64,000 nt of DNA from Felis catus (GCF_018350175.1 NC_058382.1:55554001-55618000); one strand, 5' to 3'; positions 36,246-49,630 are shown, numbered from the stretch's first letter. Numbers and translations: made by a program. Notes: generated by a model not told the origin, from the letters alone.

Positions 36246-38245
36246 TCAACAGGAATAGGGGGACTCTAGTTCCCACTTTCTTGTGCTACAACCATCTCCT
36301 TGGGTGCTGAACTGTGAGGGCAGTCAATTATCAGCTTCTAGTTGGAACTTGACCTCATCTACATAATCCCTAATCTGAATAACAACGATCAGTGTAGGAT
36401 TTTGAAATTCTCTACCCCTAAGCAAATTTTTGCCCAGACATTCAAATCTTGGGGGTGTATATATGATTTGTTTTACAAAGCTCTTAGTATTTTCATTGGT
36501 GTCTCACTTTTCTTTCTCAATTCTAGGAGAGAAAGGTTAGTGATATGGAGCATTTATGTGCCGGGCGCTTCCACATCTTCTTGGAGTTTTCATGAGAAAT
36601 CCTGGAGAGGACAGTTTGACCAATGCCATATTTTTTATAGGCAAGAAATGTCCAAGGTCACACTAGTGAGGAAGTGTGTACACAGGAAAGATTTCAATGG
36701 CTCTGCTTCAAGTTAATGGAGCTTTATTTCCCTCCCAGGCTCTCTTTGCATTTTAAATGGGTCTTCAAGCCCCAGAAGGGAGCCAAGCACGAATTCCAGA
36801 TAACACTACCTGGATCTGAGGACAGAGATTTCTAGGGGGTAGGAGACATAAAAGAAGAGAGCCCCTGTGATGTCCTACACGGTGCTCTTCCGGAAGACAA
36901 CCCACTTTCTGTGCTTGAAAAATGGTTAGATCCTGGTTGGGTCTCCCACGGAGAGGAATATTCTGTAGCTTCCGCCGTTGCTTCATGGTGTCATTTTCCA
37001 GATATGTTCAGGGCTGCTCCCTCTTCTTTGCCATGTGTTCTTCCGGGTTTAACCTCAGGCTGGGTTAATCAAAGATATCCTCTGCCGGACAAGGTTAGAC
37101 TGGCTTCTTTGCAATTTCTACTGTTCTCCTATTTTCCCTTGTTTGTATACAGGGGAGGAATGCTTGCTTTATCTATTTTTGCTACTGTAGTTCTTAGGAA
37201 AAGCCAGATCCAAGCAATGATTTGGTGTGCAGTAAGCAACTACTACTTAACCCTTGTCTTGCCTTTTCAAGGTCTACTTTCTAGTTTCTTACAATAGGGA
37301 GCTGCAGAGGGGTTGCGATGAAGTCATGGAGGTAAAGGTAAAGGCACCCTAATCCCTTCCAGCCTCTACTGCCATTAGCGTTTCCTCCCTAGAAGACACA
37401 TCTCGTAGAGTTTGAGAACATTTATGTTGTTTTATGCTTCATCTCATTTTTAGGCTTTCCTCCTTCTTTCTATGCTATTTCTTTGTGATACAAGACTTAA
37501 TTCTGCTTTTTCATTTTTGAGCAAGAATTTCATTTCCCTTTATGTTTAGGCACCCACTCAGCCTAACTTATCAGTGTGGTTTATTCTCCTGGGAGAACTC
37601 AGTGCTCCTGAGAACATTGTTCTCTTTGCCTTTTTCTCATTAGTTATTCTTTAAGTGTGGGCTTTGGAGTCACGCATTCCTGTTTTGAATCTCTGCTTTG
37701 CTTCTTACTGGTTTGTGCGAACTTAGGTGAGGAGCTTCAGACCCGTCTGAGTCTCACCAGAATTGAGCCGGCTCAGGAATACAGGTTCAGACCACTGGGC
37801 CATCAGGTCCTGGTGATGCTTCAGAGTTGCTGCCAGGAGTTGTGTGGGCAAGACAGGAAGGACAGGCTCACATTGTTCCCAGGATGCTGGCTCTGCGGGG
37901 CCCAGGCCGTTTTCTCTGGGGTGCATCGGAAGTGATGGTAACCAAGCTCAGGCATACTGCCGCCCCCAGGGTGAGGCTGTTCGTGGCCCAGCCATTTCCT
38001 TCCTCTCTAGTTCTTCAGCACGGATCCTGTTAAGTCCCCTCCCACTCCTCCCACCCCTCTCCATCTATCTCTTTCTTCAGAAGTTCTTGGACTTGGGACC
38101 CCAATGGACAGGGAAAGTAGCTGGTTAGACTCCATACAGCTCATGTGTTGTGCTGTGCTCCGTAAAAATGCTTGATCTTTTGGTCCTTCAAGTTGGGTCC
38201 TAACAGAATCAACCTGAAAACACATAAAGAATATACATTTATTGC

Positions 38246-38464
38246 AGGGCGCCTGGGTGGCTCAGTCGATTAAGCGTCTGACTTCGGCTCAGGTCATGAT
38301 CTCACAGTTCGTGAGTTCGAGCCCCGTGTTGGGCTCTGTGCTAACAGCTCAGAGCCTGGAGCCTGCTTCACATTCTTTGCCTCCGTCTCTCTCTGCCCCT
38401 TCCCTGCTCATGCTGTGTCTCTCTGTCTCAAAAATAAATAAACATTAAAAAAAATAAAAAAAAA
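38246..38464 (+). mobile_element. SINEC
   Basis: Perfect 18-bp TSD AAAGAATATACATTTATT at 38226-38243 and 38465-38482. Confidence 0.97.
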
Positions 38465-38759
38465 AAAGAATATACATTTATTCCAAGATCCTTTCAGTTG
38501 GAAAGCCCTGCAAGTTGAAAACACCATGTTGGGTCTTGCTGTTTTTCTTATCAGCCTGTGCATTTGAGTGGAAGCAGTCACCTTAGTGCATTTGTCCTAC
38601 TGTTCCTTGTCCTTAGTGGCAGGTGCTTAACAAACACCAAATGAATGGCCGATTAATGTAAAGACCTGGATTCTGGCCTTGGCTTATGTGGTTTTGGTCA
38701 AGTCACTCAATTTTCTGGGTCCATTTTGTAGATGGTTGACAATTATCCCTGAGTTTTAG

Positions 38760-39140
38760 ATCAAACTCTCCAGGAGGAGCCTCTGACATGCAGATTCCAG
38801 TGACTTATTAAGGAAGTGCCCCTGCCTAGGATGGGGGTGGGGAGCAGTAGAGGAAGGGGAGGAAGCAGAGCAAAGGTGTGATCATAGGCAAAGTCTTGCA
38901 GCTCCAGGCTGATCCCGCAAGGAAACTCTGAGGTGTAGGTTTATTCTAGTCCTGTCTGAGACAGAGGGGCTGGACCTTCATATTCCTGCACCTCTGTGAC
39001 TGGCTGAGGACTGGGGTAGGAAGGGGGAATATAAATTAGCAGACAGTTCTAGCTCTCTACTCACCTGGGCAAAGCCATCTCCAATGGCTTGAGGGAAGTT
39101 CTCCAAAACAGCTGTGAAGTCTTTGTGTAAGAGAGTAAGA
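38760..39140 (-). mobile_element. LTR16-like ERVL LTR
   Basis: gaggaagcagagcaaaggtgtgatc..gctgatcccgcaaggaaactctgaggtgta. Confidence 0.55.
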
Positions 39141-40877
39141 GAAGAAGGGTGGGGTGCTGACATTATGGCTATATCATATCTACCTCATCTGCATTTCTGA
39201 CACATTGGTATCAGATGAGAAAATATGTGGAAATGCTTGGAAACAGTAATGTTCCATTCCAAAGTAAATGGTGGTTTTTATATTCAATAAATTGTTTTAA
39301 AAAAAAAAAGAGTCTCATGCATCCAGAAGACCCAGAAAAAGGATGTTCATGTTAATCGCACATTCTGGTTCATAAAGCGTCGCCCTTAGATAAAATTTCA
39401 CGTCCTTTGAGAACTGGTAATCCAATGCCAGTTTTCAAAGAATTGTAATTTAAATTAACACTACAACTACAGGCAAGACAATTTAATCTCTGTTTGATGC
39501 TTCAGAAGGCATTTCCCAATCTTGTAAGGCCTCAGGGTCGTGATTATCATTGCACAGTAGACAGACACAACTGCAGTTAACAGACTGGGTAGGGGAGCGG
39601 GGAAATGGCATCTCCTCTCTGTTTTATTATGGGAGAGGTGCTGGCTGTCACTGTATTTACAAATGGATAAACGTTGGAGTGCTGACAATTTTTTGGGCCC
39701 AAAGCTTTGATTTTCCTTTAATTATTTGGCTGAGGTGGGCCAAGACGGGGACTCTTACCTGACTTAATTAGATAATCTCAACTATAAAGGCACAGACTCT
39801 GTGATGTGGGGAAATGGGATTTTGCTTAGCAGTTTCTCACCATGTCTCTAACAGAAGCCTCAGGGTAGCTGTGCTCTAACACACACATTGCTTCCTATAT
39901 CACACAATGGTTATATTTGAGTTGCCATTTTCATTGTTATTTTACATCATATAGGGAAACAATATATTTCCCTAGGCCTAGGGTGGCTAAGGTGGGGTTT
40001 TCCTTAATGGACTCTTCTCTGAACTTGTCCATTGACAAATTTGACTGTAGCTGTTCAAAATACCCTTCCTTTGCACTACCAGCCTTTTTGAAACCGCATT
40101 ATTGATGCATTTTTGAGATCCTGCCACATCTCCTGTATTAAGATAGGCATATATGGGGATATAAGAAAAATGTAAGACCCCTGCATTTGGGGAAAATATG
40201 AAGAGGAAAAGAGAAGAAGTCTTATCTAGAACCACTTAGAAATGGGAGTCAGAGAAGGAGCAAGAAAAGGGAAAACCCAATATTGAGCCCATTAATGTGT
40301 CATGAAGATGAGGGATACTTCTGCAGAATATTCCAAGATTTCTTGAACTTTTGTAATTGCCCTGTGTTTGTTGTTTTCATTATTTTCTTTTCCTTTCCTT
40401 GTCATGAGTGGCTGGCAGTAAAACCAACGCATTAACTGAATTGTTCATGAGACATTTTTCATACACTTTCTGTGAGCCAGGTACTGTGCTGGGCTCTGAG
40501 GCTGTGGTGATAACCCAGACCTGACCTTGTCTTCACTTCCCTGAGGAAGTTAGACGTGGGCGTGGATACATCAATACTCAAGGACAGTAAGCCTAGACCA
40601 TCAGGGGGGAAAAACCAAGGGCTATGCAAACATAGAGGAGGGGGTCAAATGGAAGAGGGTGAGAGGTGACTGTCTTAACACAACACCTCTAGTGGGTGCA
40701 GACCCCAGCCCTGGAAAAGGAGGGAATAGCAGGGCCAGCTGACTTCTAGAGGCACCTGGTAATGTCCCATGGGCAGAGACATAGTTCTGGCTGTTGCCTG
40801 GGAGAGAACCAGTACATTTGCTTGTAGAAAGTTCTGGTGAAATCATGTGACTTAAAGAGGTGGTGCAATTCTAGGGA

Positions 40878-41278
40878 GAGACAGAATATACAAATGGACA
40901 GTGGTAATGGCCAGACCACATATACAAATAGAATCCTACTACAACCTCTGTAGCAGTTGGTCCCAAACAGCCAGTACTTGATTAATGACTCCAGCTTCCC
41001 TAATTTTGCCCCTGTTTTCAATTGAGGACCACACAAAGTCAAATCTGCTCTCCTACCCAATTGCATAGGATGCCCCTGCTTCATTTACACACCCAATAGC
41101 ATTCCCAGGCCATCAGCCTCCAATTAGAGCATGGCCAAAGTCTTCCCATTTTTCACTATAAAGGTTTTCTGCTCCCCTGCCTTTGAGTCTCTGCCAAATG
41201 CAAGTGATGGTGGCTGGCTCCCCGGCTATAGGAAGCGCTGCTTGGTTCTGGTCTGAGCGCTCTTTGTTTATTTGTACA
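40878..41278 (+). mobile_element. MER90-like ERV1 solo LTR
   Basis: ccagcttccctaattttgcc; cataggatgcccc; cactataaag..cctgcctttgagtctctgccaaa..aagtgatggtggctg. Confidence 0.75.
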
Positions 41279-42164
41279 GTTTTTGATAAAGGGCATATCA
41301 AAGCCCATACTCAAGTGCTGACACCCAGTAACCACTCAGTAAATGTTCTCTCCTGATGGGGCACCCCCACCTTCCCAGCGATACGCCTAAAAAGCTCCCT
41401 CTCGTCTTCCAAGTTGTCAACCACTCTGGATGGAGGTGGAACGGACTTTTATTCCACCTGAGGGGCCCAGAAAGGGCAGCCCTGAGGGCCCCAGAAAGTT
41501 TGATGGGACAGCAGGTGAACAGCATTGGCAGGGACAGGACCACGCTCCAGTTCCATGCACGACAGCTCAAAGACACCTTCGAGAGCTGCACAGAGAAGAC
41601 CAAGGAGGGGAAAGGGATGGCATTCAAAGGTGGAAATCTGGTTCCATGTCTACAGTGTTTTCACCTCCTCCAAGTGTGCTTTGTGATAATAAAGTTTCCA
41701 ATAAGCTATGTACAAATCACCGACTTCTGTAAATCGGGTCCTACTTCCCCCATGATTTACACTTTCATTTAAGTGCTGATTTATCATCATTTCTTCCCCT
41801 GGCAACCATCCTTACGACTTGCCTCTTAGTTCTAGCCTCCCTGGCAGATAATTAATGAGCTCTTAATACGGCTTATGGGCACCAGAGGGAACGCAGTATT
41901 TAAAGACGCCTTTCAGGGATTTTTTTTTTTTTTTCAGTAAAAAGTGAAGAATCCCTTTGTCAAGCAAAAAAACCCCACATCACATACATTTGGCAAATGT
42001 TACCCTTTTGAACTTGTGGACTGTTCAAAGGCAGTTCAAGAAGTTTGCTTGAATTGGGACATGTCAGTCTAGAGGTTTAGCTCCCCACCCATCCTCACAA
42101 GTATTCAGGGTGGGAAAGAGCATCTTATTAAACCTTTCTACTAACAAATTGATATTGTTTTCTT

Positions 42165-42800
42165 CCCTTGTTAAAAAATATTTATTGAACACTTACTGTG
42201 TGCTAGGCCCCATGCCAGGCACTGGAGATATAATGGTGAGGAAGACACACATGGCATTTCTGTTTGTGCTGCTGCCCACAGCCTGTTGAGGGAGACAGAT
42301 AGTGAGCAAATAATTATTTCACTGCATTTTTGAGAGGTGCTACCAAGAGGCCAAAGTGGGAGGCTGATGAAGCCTGAGCTGGTTTGGGGAGGGAGGGAGG
42401 TGGCCGGGGAGTTGATAGTTAAACCGAGCTTCAAGGGTGCATTAGAATGAACCAGGGACAGAGCGTTGCAGGTCAGAACAAAATGTGCAAAGGTTCTGAA
42501 GAGAGAAAGATCCCAGAGAGTGGGAGACGATAAGCCTGTACAATAAATGTGGGCACCATGGTGACAGTTCTTGTGGACTAAGAGTTTTGAATTGGATCCT
42601 TAGAGCAATGGAGAAATTATTAACAGTTCCAGGCAGGGAAGTGACACACTCAGAAGTACCTTTCAGAGAATTTTGTCTCCATTGTGGGGAATGGATTGGA
42701 GGAGATAAGGAAGGAATCAGGAGGACCTGTCAGGAGCCCGAAGCCTCTGTCCAGGATATAAGAGGTGGTGCTCAGTGGTTGTTTTCATCAAGCACAACCT
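42165..42800 (-). mobile_element. L2a-type fragment
   Basis: aaatatttattgaacacttactgtgtgctaggccccatgccaggcactggagatata. Confidence 0.8.
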
Positions 42801-43299
42801 GTAGGAGAACTCGTAGTGAGGGTTGGGGGTTTAACCCAGTCATAGAAGGGAGGAGAGATGCAGTCTAAGAACAATCAGCAGACTGCCTCGTCTCATTCCA
42901 GCCCCCAGCTCCACCCTGGGGTGGTCCCGGCTTCCCTAAGGCAGGCACAGATGCACGCATCACCGACAGCCTGCCTACATGTCCACCATGCAGGCTTTAG
43001 AGAGAGGGCTTTCCTCAAGGGCTCTGACTTAGAACTGGGATCAGGATGATGGTCTCTGTATGTGGGTTTTGATAAGGAGGATCTTCCTGATACAATCCCC
43101 AATCTTCAGGGGAGTATTTAAATATTTAAATGTTTATCTTCGTGGCCCCTCTTATCAGACAGCAGCTGGAAGTTCTCAAATGTCAGTGGGCAAAGGAGTC
43201 CTTTGTGGGGGGGCGGGGAGAAGCTTCCTCAAAAGGCAGGTTCTTGGACCTTACTTCCAGGTATTCTGTTTCTTGTCTGTGGCTTCGGAATATGCATTT

Positions 43300-43525
43300 A
43301 TTTTTTTTATTTAAAAATTAGAAAAATATGTTATTTATTTTTGACAGAGAGAGAAAGAGAGAGAACAAGAAAGGGGCAGGGAGAGAGGGAGATACAGATT
43401 CCAAAGCAGGCTCCAGGCTCTGAGCTGTCAACACGGAGCCCGATGTGGGGCTTGACCTCACAAACTGTGAGATCATGACCTGAGCTGAAGTTAGATGCTT
43501 AACCGACTGAGCCACCCAGGTGCCC
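43300..43525 (-). mobile_element. SINEC within a MER5-like remnant
   Basis: Degenerate TSD GGAAT(ATG/CTT)CATTT at 43287-43299 and 43528-43540. Confidence 0.95.
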
Positions 43526-44211
43526 TGGGAATCTTCATTTCTTAATAGGCTCTACACATCCCCTCCCCATCATTTCTAACTCGGATGGTCTTTAAATCAC
43601 TTTGAAATTCTGGTGACTACTGTCCAGTGGCTTAGGCCTCCAGGACACCATCTTGCCTGAGCTCAGCAAAACATGGTCTCTCTTTCCAGGTAGTCACTGA
43701 CATTTCAGACGTTCAGGTTGGGATTATTGAATTGGGGGATGGCTTGGGAGGCAAGACTGAATCCTTCTGCTCCCCCAAATTGCCTAATTCTGAGATTCAT
43801 CCAAATGGTTTATCAACCTGCCCATTATTCTCCAGAGGTTCTGATTCAGTGTCTGGCCAGACCACCAGAAAGCTCGTGACTTCAGCAGGTGCCTCGGGCA
43901 ATCCTTATGATTGGCAGGTCGGAGATCTTAGTTCTAGAGGCTCATGGATAGCTCTGGCTCTCAGGGCCCACGGACAGTCTCAGATACTCTCTGGGGGCCT
44001 CTAGGATCCCCGAGGGTCCTCAGTTTCCTTGGTTCTGAGAATTTTGCTGGACCCTTGGTGGGGTCTGATACATCTTTTGGCTTTGCAGCCAAGCCCAGGG
44101 AAGAACCAGTGGGGGCAGCCATTTCTGGGTCACGATACCAGCTGAAATACATCACCCACTGCTGAGGGCCATCCTAACAACAGTTTCTGAAGCCTGGGAA
44201 GTGAGTAGTTT

Positions 44212-44376
44212 CATATATATGTATGTATATATGTATGTATGTATATGTACATATACATACATACATACATGTATACATATACATATGTATATACATATAC
44301 ACATACATATGTATGTATGTATGTATGTATACATAAGTATACACATATATACATACATACACACAGACACACACAC
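44212..44376. repeat. (TATG)n/(TACA)n/(CA)n alternating purine-pyrimidine repeat
   Basis: Read directly. Confidence 0.95.
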
Positions 44377-44377
44377 A

Positions 44378-44682
44378 GTGGAGGCTGGCAAATCTGAATT
44401 CTCTGCAGGGTTGTCAGACTGCATACTCTTGGGCAGCAGCTATGGTGGGCTCCCTAGGTGGGATTTCTTTTTCCTCTGATAAACTTCAGTTTTGCTCTTA
44501 AAGCTGTTCAACTGATTGGATTATGTCTGTGCCCTGATTACTGAGGATCATCTCTTTTACCCAAAGTCTAACCAATTGCAGATTTTAAGCATATGTACAA
44601 AATACCTTTGCAGCAACATCTAGACTAGGGTTTAATTGAATAACTAGAGCCTGGCCAAGTTGACACAAAACCAACCATCATA
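44378..44682 (-). mobile_element. MLT2-like ERVL LTR
   Basis: gtggaggctggcaaatctgaa..ttcaactgattgga..aaaatacctttgcagcaacatctagacta..gcctggccaagttgacacaaaaccaaccatca. Confidence 0.85.
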
Positions 44683-45239
44683 AGGGAACTTGCAATGAGG
44701 ACCACATTCTGGGTGGAGACTGGTGTTTTGGGAGGGGCGGGGGGCAGGTTAGAAGGAAAGTGGAACATGTGAGTAGGGTGTCTTGGGCAGAGTATTGGCA
44801 GACCTGGGTGGTCCAGAACTAAGTGGAGCTTCCTGTTAATGGCTGGCAGCCCAGGGATGAGTGGATGACCACGGCCAGCAGGGAAGCAGGCAGGGATTGA
44901 CAACTGTAATCCTAGGATTCTCCTTCTTTATTCATAATTCCATTGGTTATATTAATGGTCATGTTAGGCTAGGGTGATATTGGCCTGGTTCTCTCTTATC
45001 CAGGGATGGTAAGTCCCATCTTGATCTTTGCCCTGCCTTAGGGATTGGTATAGAGTGTTCTAGTAAAGATTAAAAGGGAGAGTGTTGACAGGTAACCTTT
45101 TATTTGTGGGTGAAGCTCTCTGAAAAGCCCAGATATCCAAAGGACATATAAACAGCAGAAAAAGTGAGAAACGAAAAAACTTTTATTCCCCAACTCAGGA
45201 GAGTTGACCTGAACTTAAAGTTTCATGTGGGCTGCTGGG

Positions 45240-45460
45240 TGTGGAGTGCTTGCCCTGCACCAGGAACTCTGCTAAGCAGTTTGGTTCCCTTTTCCCATTT
45301 AATATTCACAACAACCGTCTGATGTAGGTGTGATGATTTCTTCCGTATAGAGAAAGGGAAACTGAAGTCCTGAGAGGCTAAGAAACTTCCCCAAGGTCGT
45401 GTGGTTACTACATGGCAGATTTGGGATGCAAACCCTTGTTGGTCTGATCTAGAGGCTCTC
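45240..45460 (-). mobile_element. MIR
   Basis: atttaatattcacaacaacc..gggaaactgaag..gagaggctaagaaacttccccaaggtc. Confidence 0.8.
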
Positions 45461-45599
45461 CTCCTGTCTTACTTCATCTAAAACCTAGAAGAGCCAAAGC
45501 TTCAGAAACATCCTGAAGACAACCAAAAGGAGCCTTTCATTACCATATGGGGGAAAGAGGAAAGACTGCTTGGGGGACATTTTAAAAGATGAGAGATAA

Positions 45600-46920
45600 A
45601 GCAGAGGTACTTGATTGTTGTTTGAATTCTGATTTATCTACCAGGGAGAATGATCTTGCTGTGGGAAAAAAGCAGAGTAAAGGGGAAAGAGTCAGGGCTC
45701 CGTGTAGGTGTGAAGGCAGGAAGCCAGCAAGGTTTATAGACATGAGCTCAAGTCTGCAGGCTTAGATGAAATTCAACGTGCAAGTCTGTTGGAACTTGGA
45801 AGCATAAAATCTATGCAGCTGCTTGCTACGTAGGATACAGAGATGCTACTTTTTAACCTTTCCCTTCCCTTTGGTCTGGTATCTGCTCCTTCTCAAGATA
45901 TTTGACACTTACATGGGTACATGCATCTATTCCTTGAGAGCCCTTTGGCACAACCTGGTCTGCTTAGTTTTTTCTATATGACAAATGCCTTACAGAGCAA
46001 CATGGTAGACATTCTTTAAATGTTTGTTTCTTGAAGAGAAAAAGGAGAGGTGATTGAAGACTTGATATAGACAGATTTTGAAGTTTTCAAAGGAGGAGGA
46101 AGGTTGCTTTATATGCTACCAGCCAGTGAATTTGACACTAGTGAATGGTAAATGCCAGACCGGATCAAATCATTAGACAGATGGCTCATGAGATGCTGGA
46201 AAAGGAAGCTGGGATCATTGGGAACCAGAATGGGTTCACCAAGAACTGGTCGCATTGAACCAGCTCTGATTCCTTTTATGATCAGATTACTGTACTTTTG
46301 TAACAGCCTGGAGGCATGAAGTGTTTGATACCCAGCAAGGCAGCTGGCATAATATTTTATGAATCTCCCAGAGGCAACAGGGTGAAGCAGGTTGGGTTAG
46401 TTAGCAGGTTGATTTATAACTGAGTGTTTAACTGTGTATGAAGATCTTCTACTAATGTCAATTTTTTTTTTTTTTTTTTTGGAGGGGGAAAAAGGAAGTT
46501 TCTCCACCAGCACGTTGCAGGGCTCTCTTTTCATTATCTTGTTTGAATTTATCAATGGCTGAGATACAGTTATAGTGGGAAAACCTGTAACATTTCCAAA
46601 TAATTCAAACCTGGAAGGATAGGTCTTACATATATTGGATAATAGAGTAAGGATTCCATATCATGTTGACAGACCAACATGATGGGCTGAAACTAAAAGA
46701 TGAATAGGAATAAATTTACAGCCGAGACTGGACCTTGAAGAGTAATTTGCAGAGGTACAAGATACCACAGCCCCAGCTTAACAGCAGCACACAGTCAATT
46801 AGAGTTGATTCTGTGACGTGGTGGAGAAAAAGCTCTATGCCTAAGCTGAATTAATAGAAACATAGAATTCAGATCAAGGGAGATTATAGTCCCCCGTCTC
46901 CTGAATTTATCAGACCACAG
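45600..46920 (+). mobile_element. L3/CR1 LINE reverse-transcriptase remnant, with a small L2 end at about 45930-46030
   Basis: Translates to YQPVNLTLVNGK (from 46117; CR1 YRPVSLTSVPGK) and NQNGFTKNWSH*TSSDSFYDQIT (CR1 QHGFTKGRSCLTNLISFYDKVT). Confidence 0.85.
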
Positions 46921-47804
46921 CCATTCAATAAAACATTTAAGTACCTCCCTATATCAAGGTCTTAGCTGGGCACTTGTTAAATAAATTGGTGTGAGTTACA
47001 AGGAATTCCTACCTCCTGGCAGAAAAGTTATCAGAAGGTGCCAGCTGGGCACTCAGCAGGCACCATACAAATGCCAGGGTTCACAGTATTGCCCAAGCCC
47101 TTATTTATAGCTTGTGAGGTCAACTGGCCTTTTATTCTTTCACCATTTCTAATCCCAAAGCCCATCTTACAAGTAAATGGGCTTAACTTGTTTTGATTTG
47201 CTTTTTTTTTTTAATTAGTCAGCCTTCTTTTAATGGCTCATTTGATAACATGAGGGCTCTGTGTCTGTTCCTGTTTATCCTTTTGTCTCTTTTCTCCTTG
47301 GATGTTGGTGTCACTCTCCTAATGTAGAGAGCTTGTTCCATATTTTGTGGGAAATGGTTAGAAGGAGCTCAAGATTACCTTTTCTTACAGCTCATAGTTT
47401 TAAAGCAAGAGAGAGACCTCCTGGTCTTATACATGTCAGAGAAAACTAATTAGCCTGACTTAGGTCATATGGTCACTCTAAAACTGGCTACTTCGGAGTG
47501 TTCACCCCTATAAAGGTGGTAAGGTGTGTGTGTGTGTGTTAGTGTGGCAGGTTCTTTGACAAGTAATTTTGGTACCATGTAAACCACGTGGAATTTTGCA
47601 CAGGAAAGAGCAGAGGTTCTATATCCAGAGAAATGGGGAAAGTATTCCAGGAAGACAGATATGTCCATAATTCTTCCTGAGGAGATGACTAGGGTATGGG
47701 GAGGAAGAGGAAGAAGAATGATGGTCCCTTCATCTTGAAATGTGCTAATCAGCTCCTGAATTAAAGGGGGGAAAATGGCTGTGGTTCCTTTAGATCAAGC
47801 ATTG

Positions 47805-48041
47805 TATATTTTTTCATGTTTATTTTTGAGAGAGAGCGACAGAGAGAAAGTGCGTGAGAGCCAGTGGGGGGAGGAGCAGGGAGAAAGAGAGGCGGGTAGA
47901 GGATCCTAAGCAGGCTCTGTGCTGACAGAGACATGGGACCTGATGACATGGGGACCAAAGTGGGGCTCAAGCTCACAAACCCTGAGATCATGACCTGAGC
48001 TAAAGTCGGACGTTTAACTGACTGAGCCACCCAAGCTGCCC
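47805..48041 (-). mobile_element. SINEC with small internal duplication
   Basis: GATCAAGC flanks at 47793-47800 and 48043-48050; gacatggg(g)acc repeated at 47930 and 47945. Confidence 0.92.
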
Positions 48042-49274
48042 TGATCAAGCTTTATTTTGAGACTGTAGCTGACACGGCTTTGGATTCAGGCTGAGATTTT
48101 CTGCAACTTTTTCCTTGCTCGAGTCCACCTCTCTTTTCCTGTTGTTTGGATATGTGAGGGGACGTCCTGGGGAGGCCGGACATCCTCAGGTGAAAAATCC
48201 TCACGAGGAACCCAGTAACCATGCTCTGGTAATTTGTGAGGAAGTTCTGGGTCTGTTATGCATGTGGTCCAGAGAGAAGTGGGAGACGGCACTCTCACGT
48301 TCAGCCCAGCTCTGTTTCTGTCTCTGTGCACCGTGACCGATCATTTTGTAGGCTCCTGTGCCTCACTTTTCCATGGCTAACAGACAAGCCAGAGGGCCTG
48401 TTGTGGGGTTATGTACTCCCTGTGAACGGAAGGGAGTGTGGGTTTCTGGCTGTAGAGAATCTGATGCTCACAGTAATTTGCACACCAGGGTCTCTGGGGC
48501 CCTTCCAAGCCGTCACATCCTCTGCCTCTTGATTACCTGGGCTGATAAGGGAGCACTGTGTGGGCACCCCACAAAGTCGTTTATCTTGATGTCACCTGTT
48601 TTGGCTGTGGACTTCACTCTAGGGCTCCAGAGTCATTTTGCAGAAACTATTCAATCCTAATGATGTTTATCGTGACTGATATTAGAATGAGTGAGTTCTG
48701 TAAGTGCTGTCCAGCCAGCTGGCCTGTGGTTGGAAATTATTTGGTATCAGAAAATTGGCCTTCCTTGGAAAGGTCACTGCAGATTATACACAACATAAGT
48801 GAGCCACGGGAGATCTGGCGTGATTATTTGTACTCAAGCTTAGGTCCACAAATGCCATCTTTTTATTTATTTTTCCTGCTTCCTTGAAAAGCTGTTCATC
48901 ATTTGCCTTTGCATTTATCTATGAGATATTAGGAGTGAAAATCCACTGCAATTTATCTACTATAAATTCTAAGCACCCATCATGCCTCATTGCCCGCAAC
49001 CTGAGAATAAAGGTATACAGTCAGGTATTTTCATATTTTTTACCTTAATATAGACTTTACATGTAGATATATAATATTCATAGATTCATATAAGTGCATA
49101 AAATATATTCAGGGATGTATTAATATAGATGCATTTAAAAATATACTGTGTATATGCAATATATATTTATGGCATATATTTTATTTTCTTGCAGCCCTAT
49201 GAGATAGATATCATTATCCTCATTTTTATAAATGAAGAAACAGAAGAAATTAGGTAACTTTCCCAAGATCACGG

Positions 49275-49630
49275 TGTCAGTAAGGGTTCTTAGATGCAAA
49301 TGATAGAAACCAATCCTGATTAATTTTATCAGAAAATAAAATATCAAAGTTGTATTGGGCAGTTCACAGCAGCTCCTGGACGGCTGGGGCATGGTCTAGG
49401 GACCATGCAGCCAGGAATGACACTACCAAAGACCCACTCCTGCTACCCAAGGCCCAAACCCAGAGATGTGTCCTGCTCGCAGAGTAGCAGGGAAGGAGAG
49501 AGCCTTGGTCACCGTGGTCTCAGTAAGACACATGAAGCTTAAAGTTGAGGCTGCTGCCTTCGTTAGAATGGCTGTCTCAGGCCCTGTTTCTTTGGCAGAC
49601 CTGCTTCTGTTTCCAGGTTTGCGTGTGTGA
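49275..49630 (-). mobile_element. Old MLT1 LTR abutting a MIR (49190-49275)
   Basis: gtcagtaagggttcttagatgcaaatgatagaaaccaatcctgattaatttt terminus. Confidence 0.6.

Noticed and set aside
36342..37297. 124-aa and 128-aa ORFs
   Set aside because: No recognisable domain or splice context; the first overlaps a MIR, and such lengths can arise by chance in 64 kb.
41356..41772. 138-aa ORF downstream of the MER90-like LTR
   Set aside because: No recognisable homology or gag features; it cannot be supported without expression data.
44152..44479. Tyr/Ile/His/Met-rich ORFs on both strands
   Set aside because: Translations of the TATG/CATA simple repeat.
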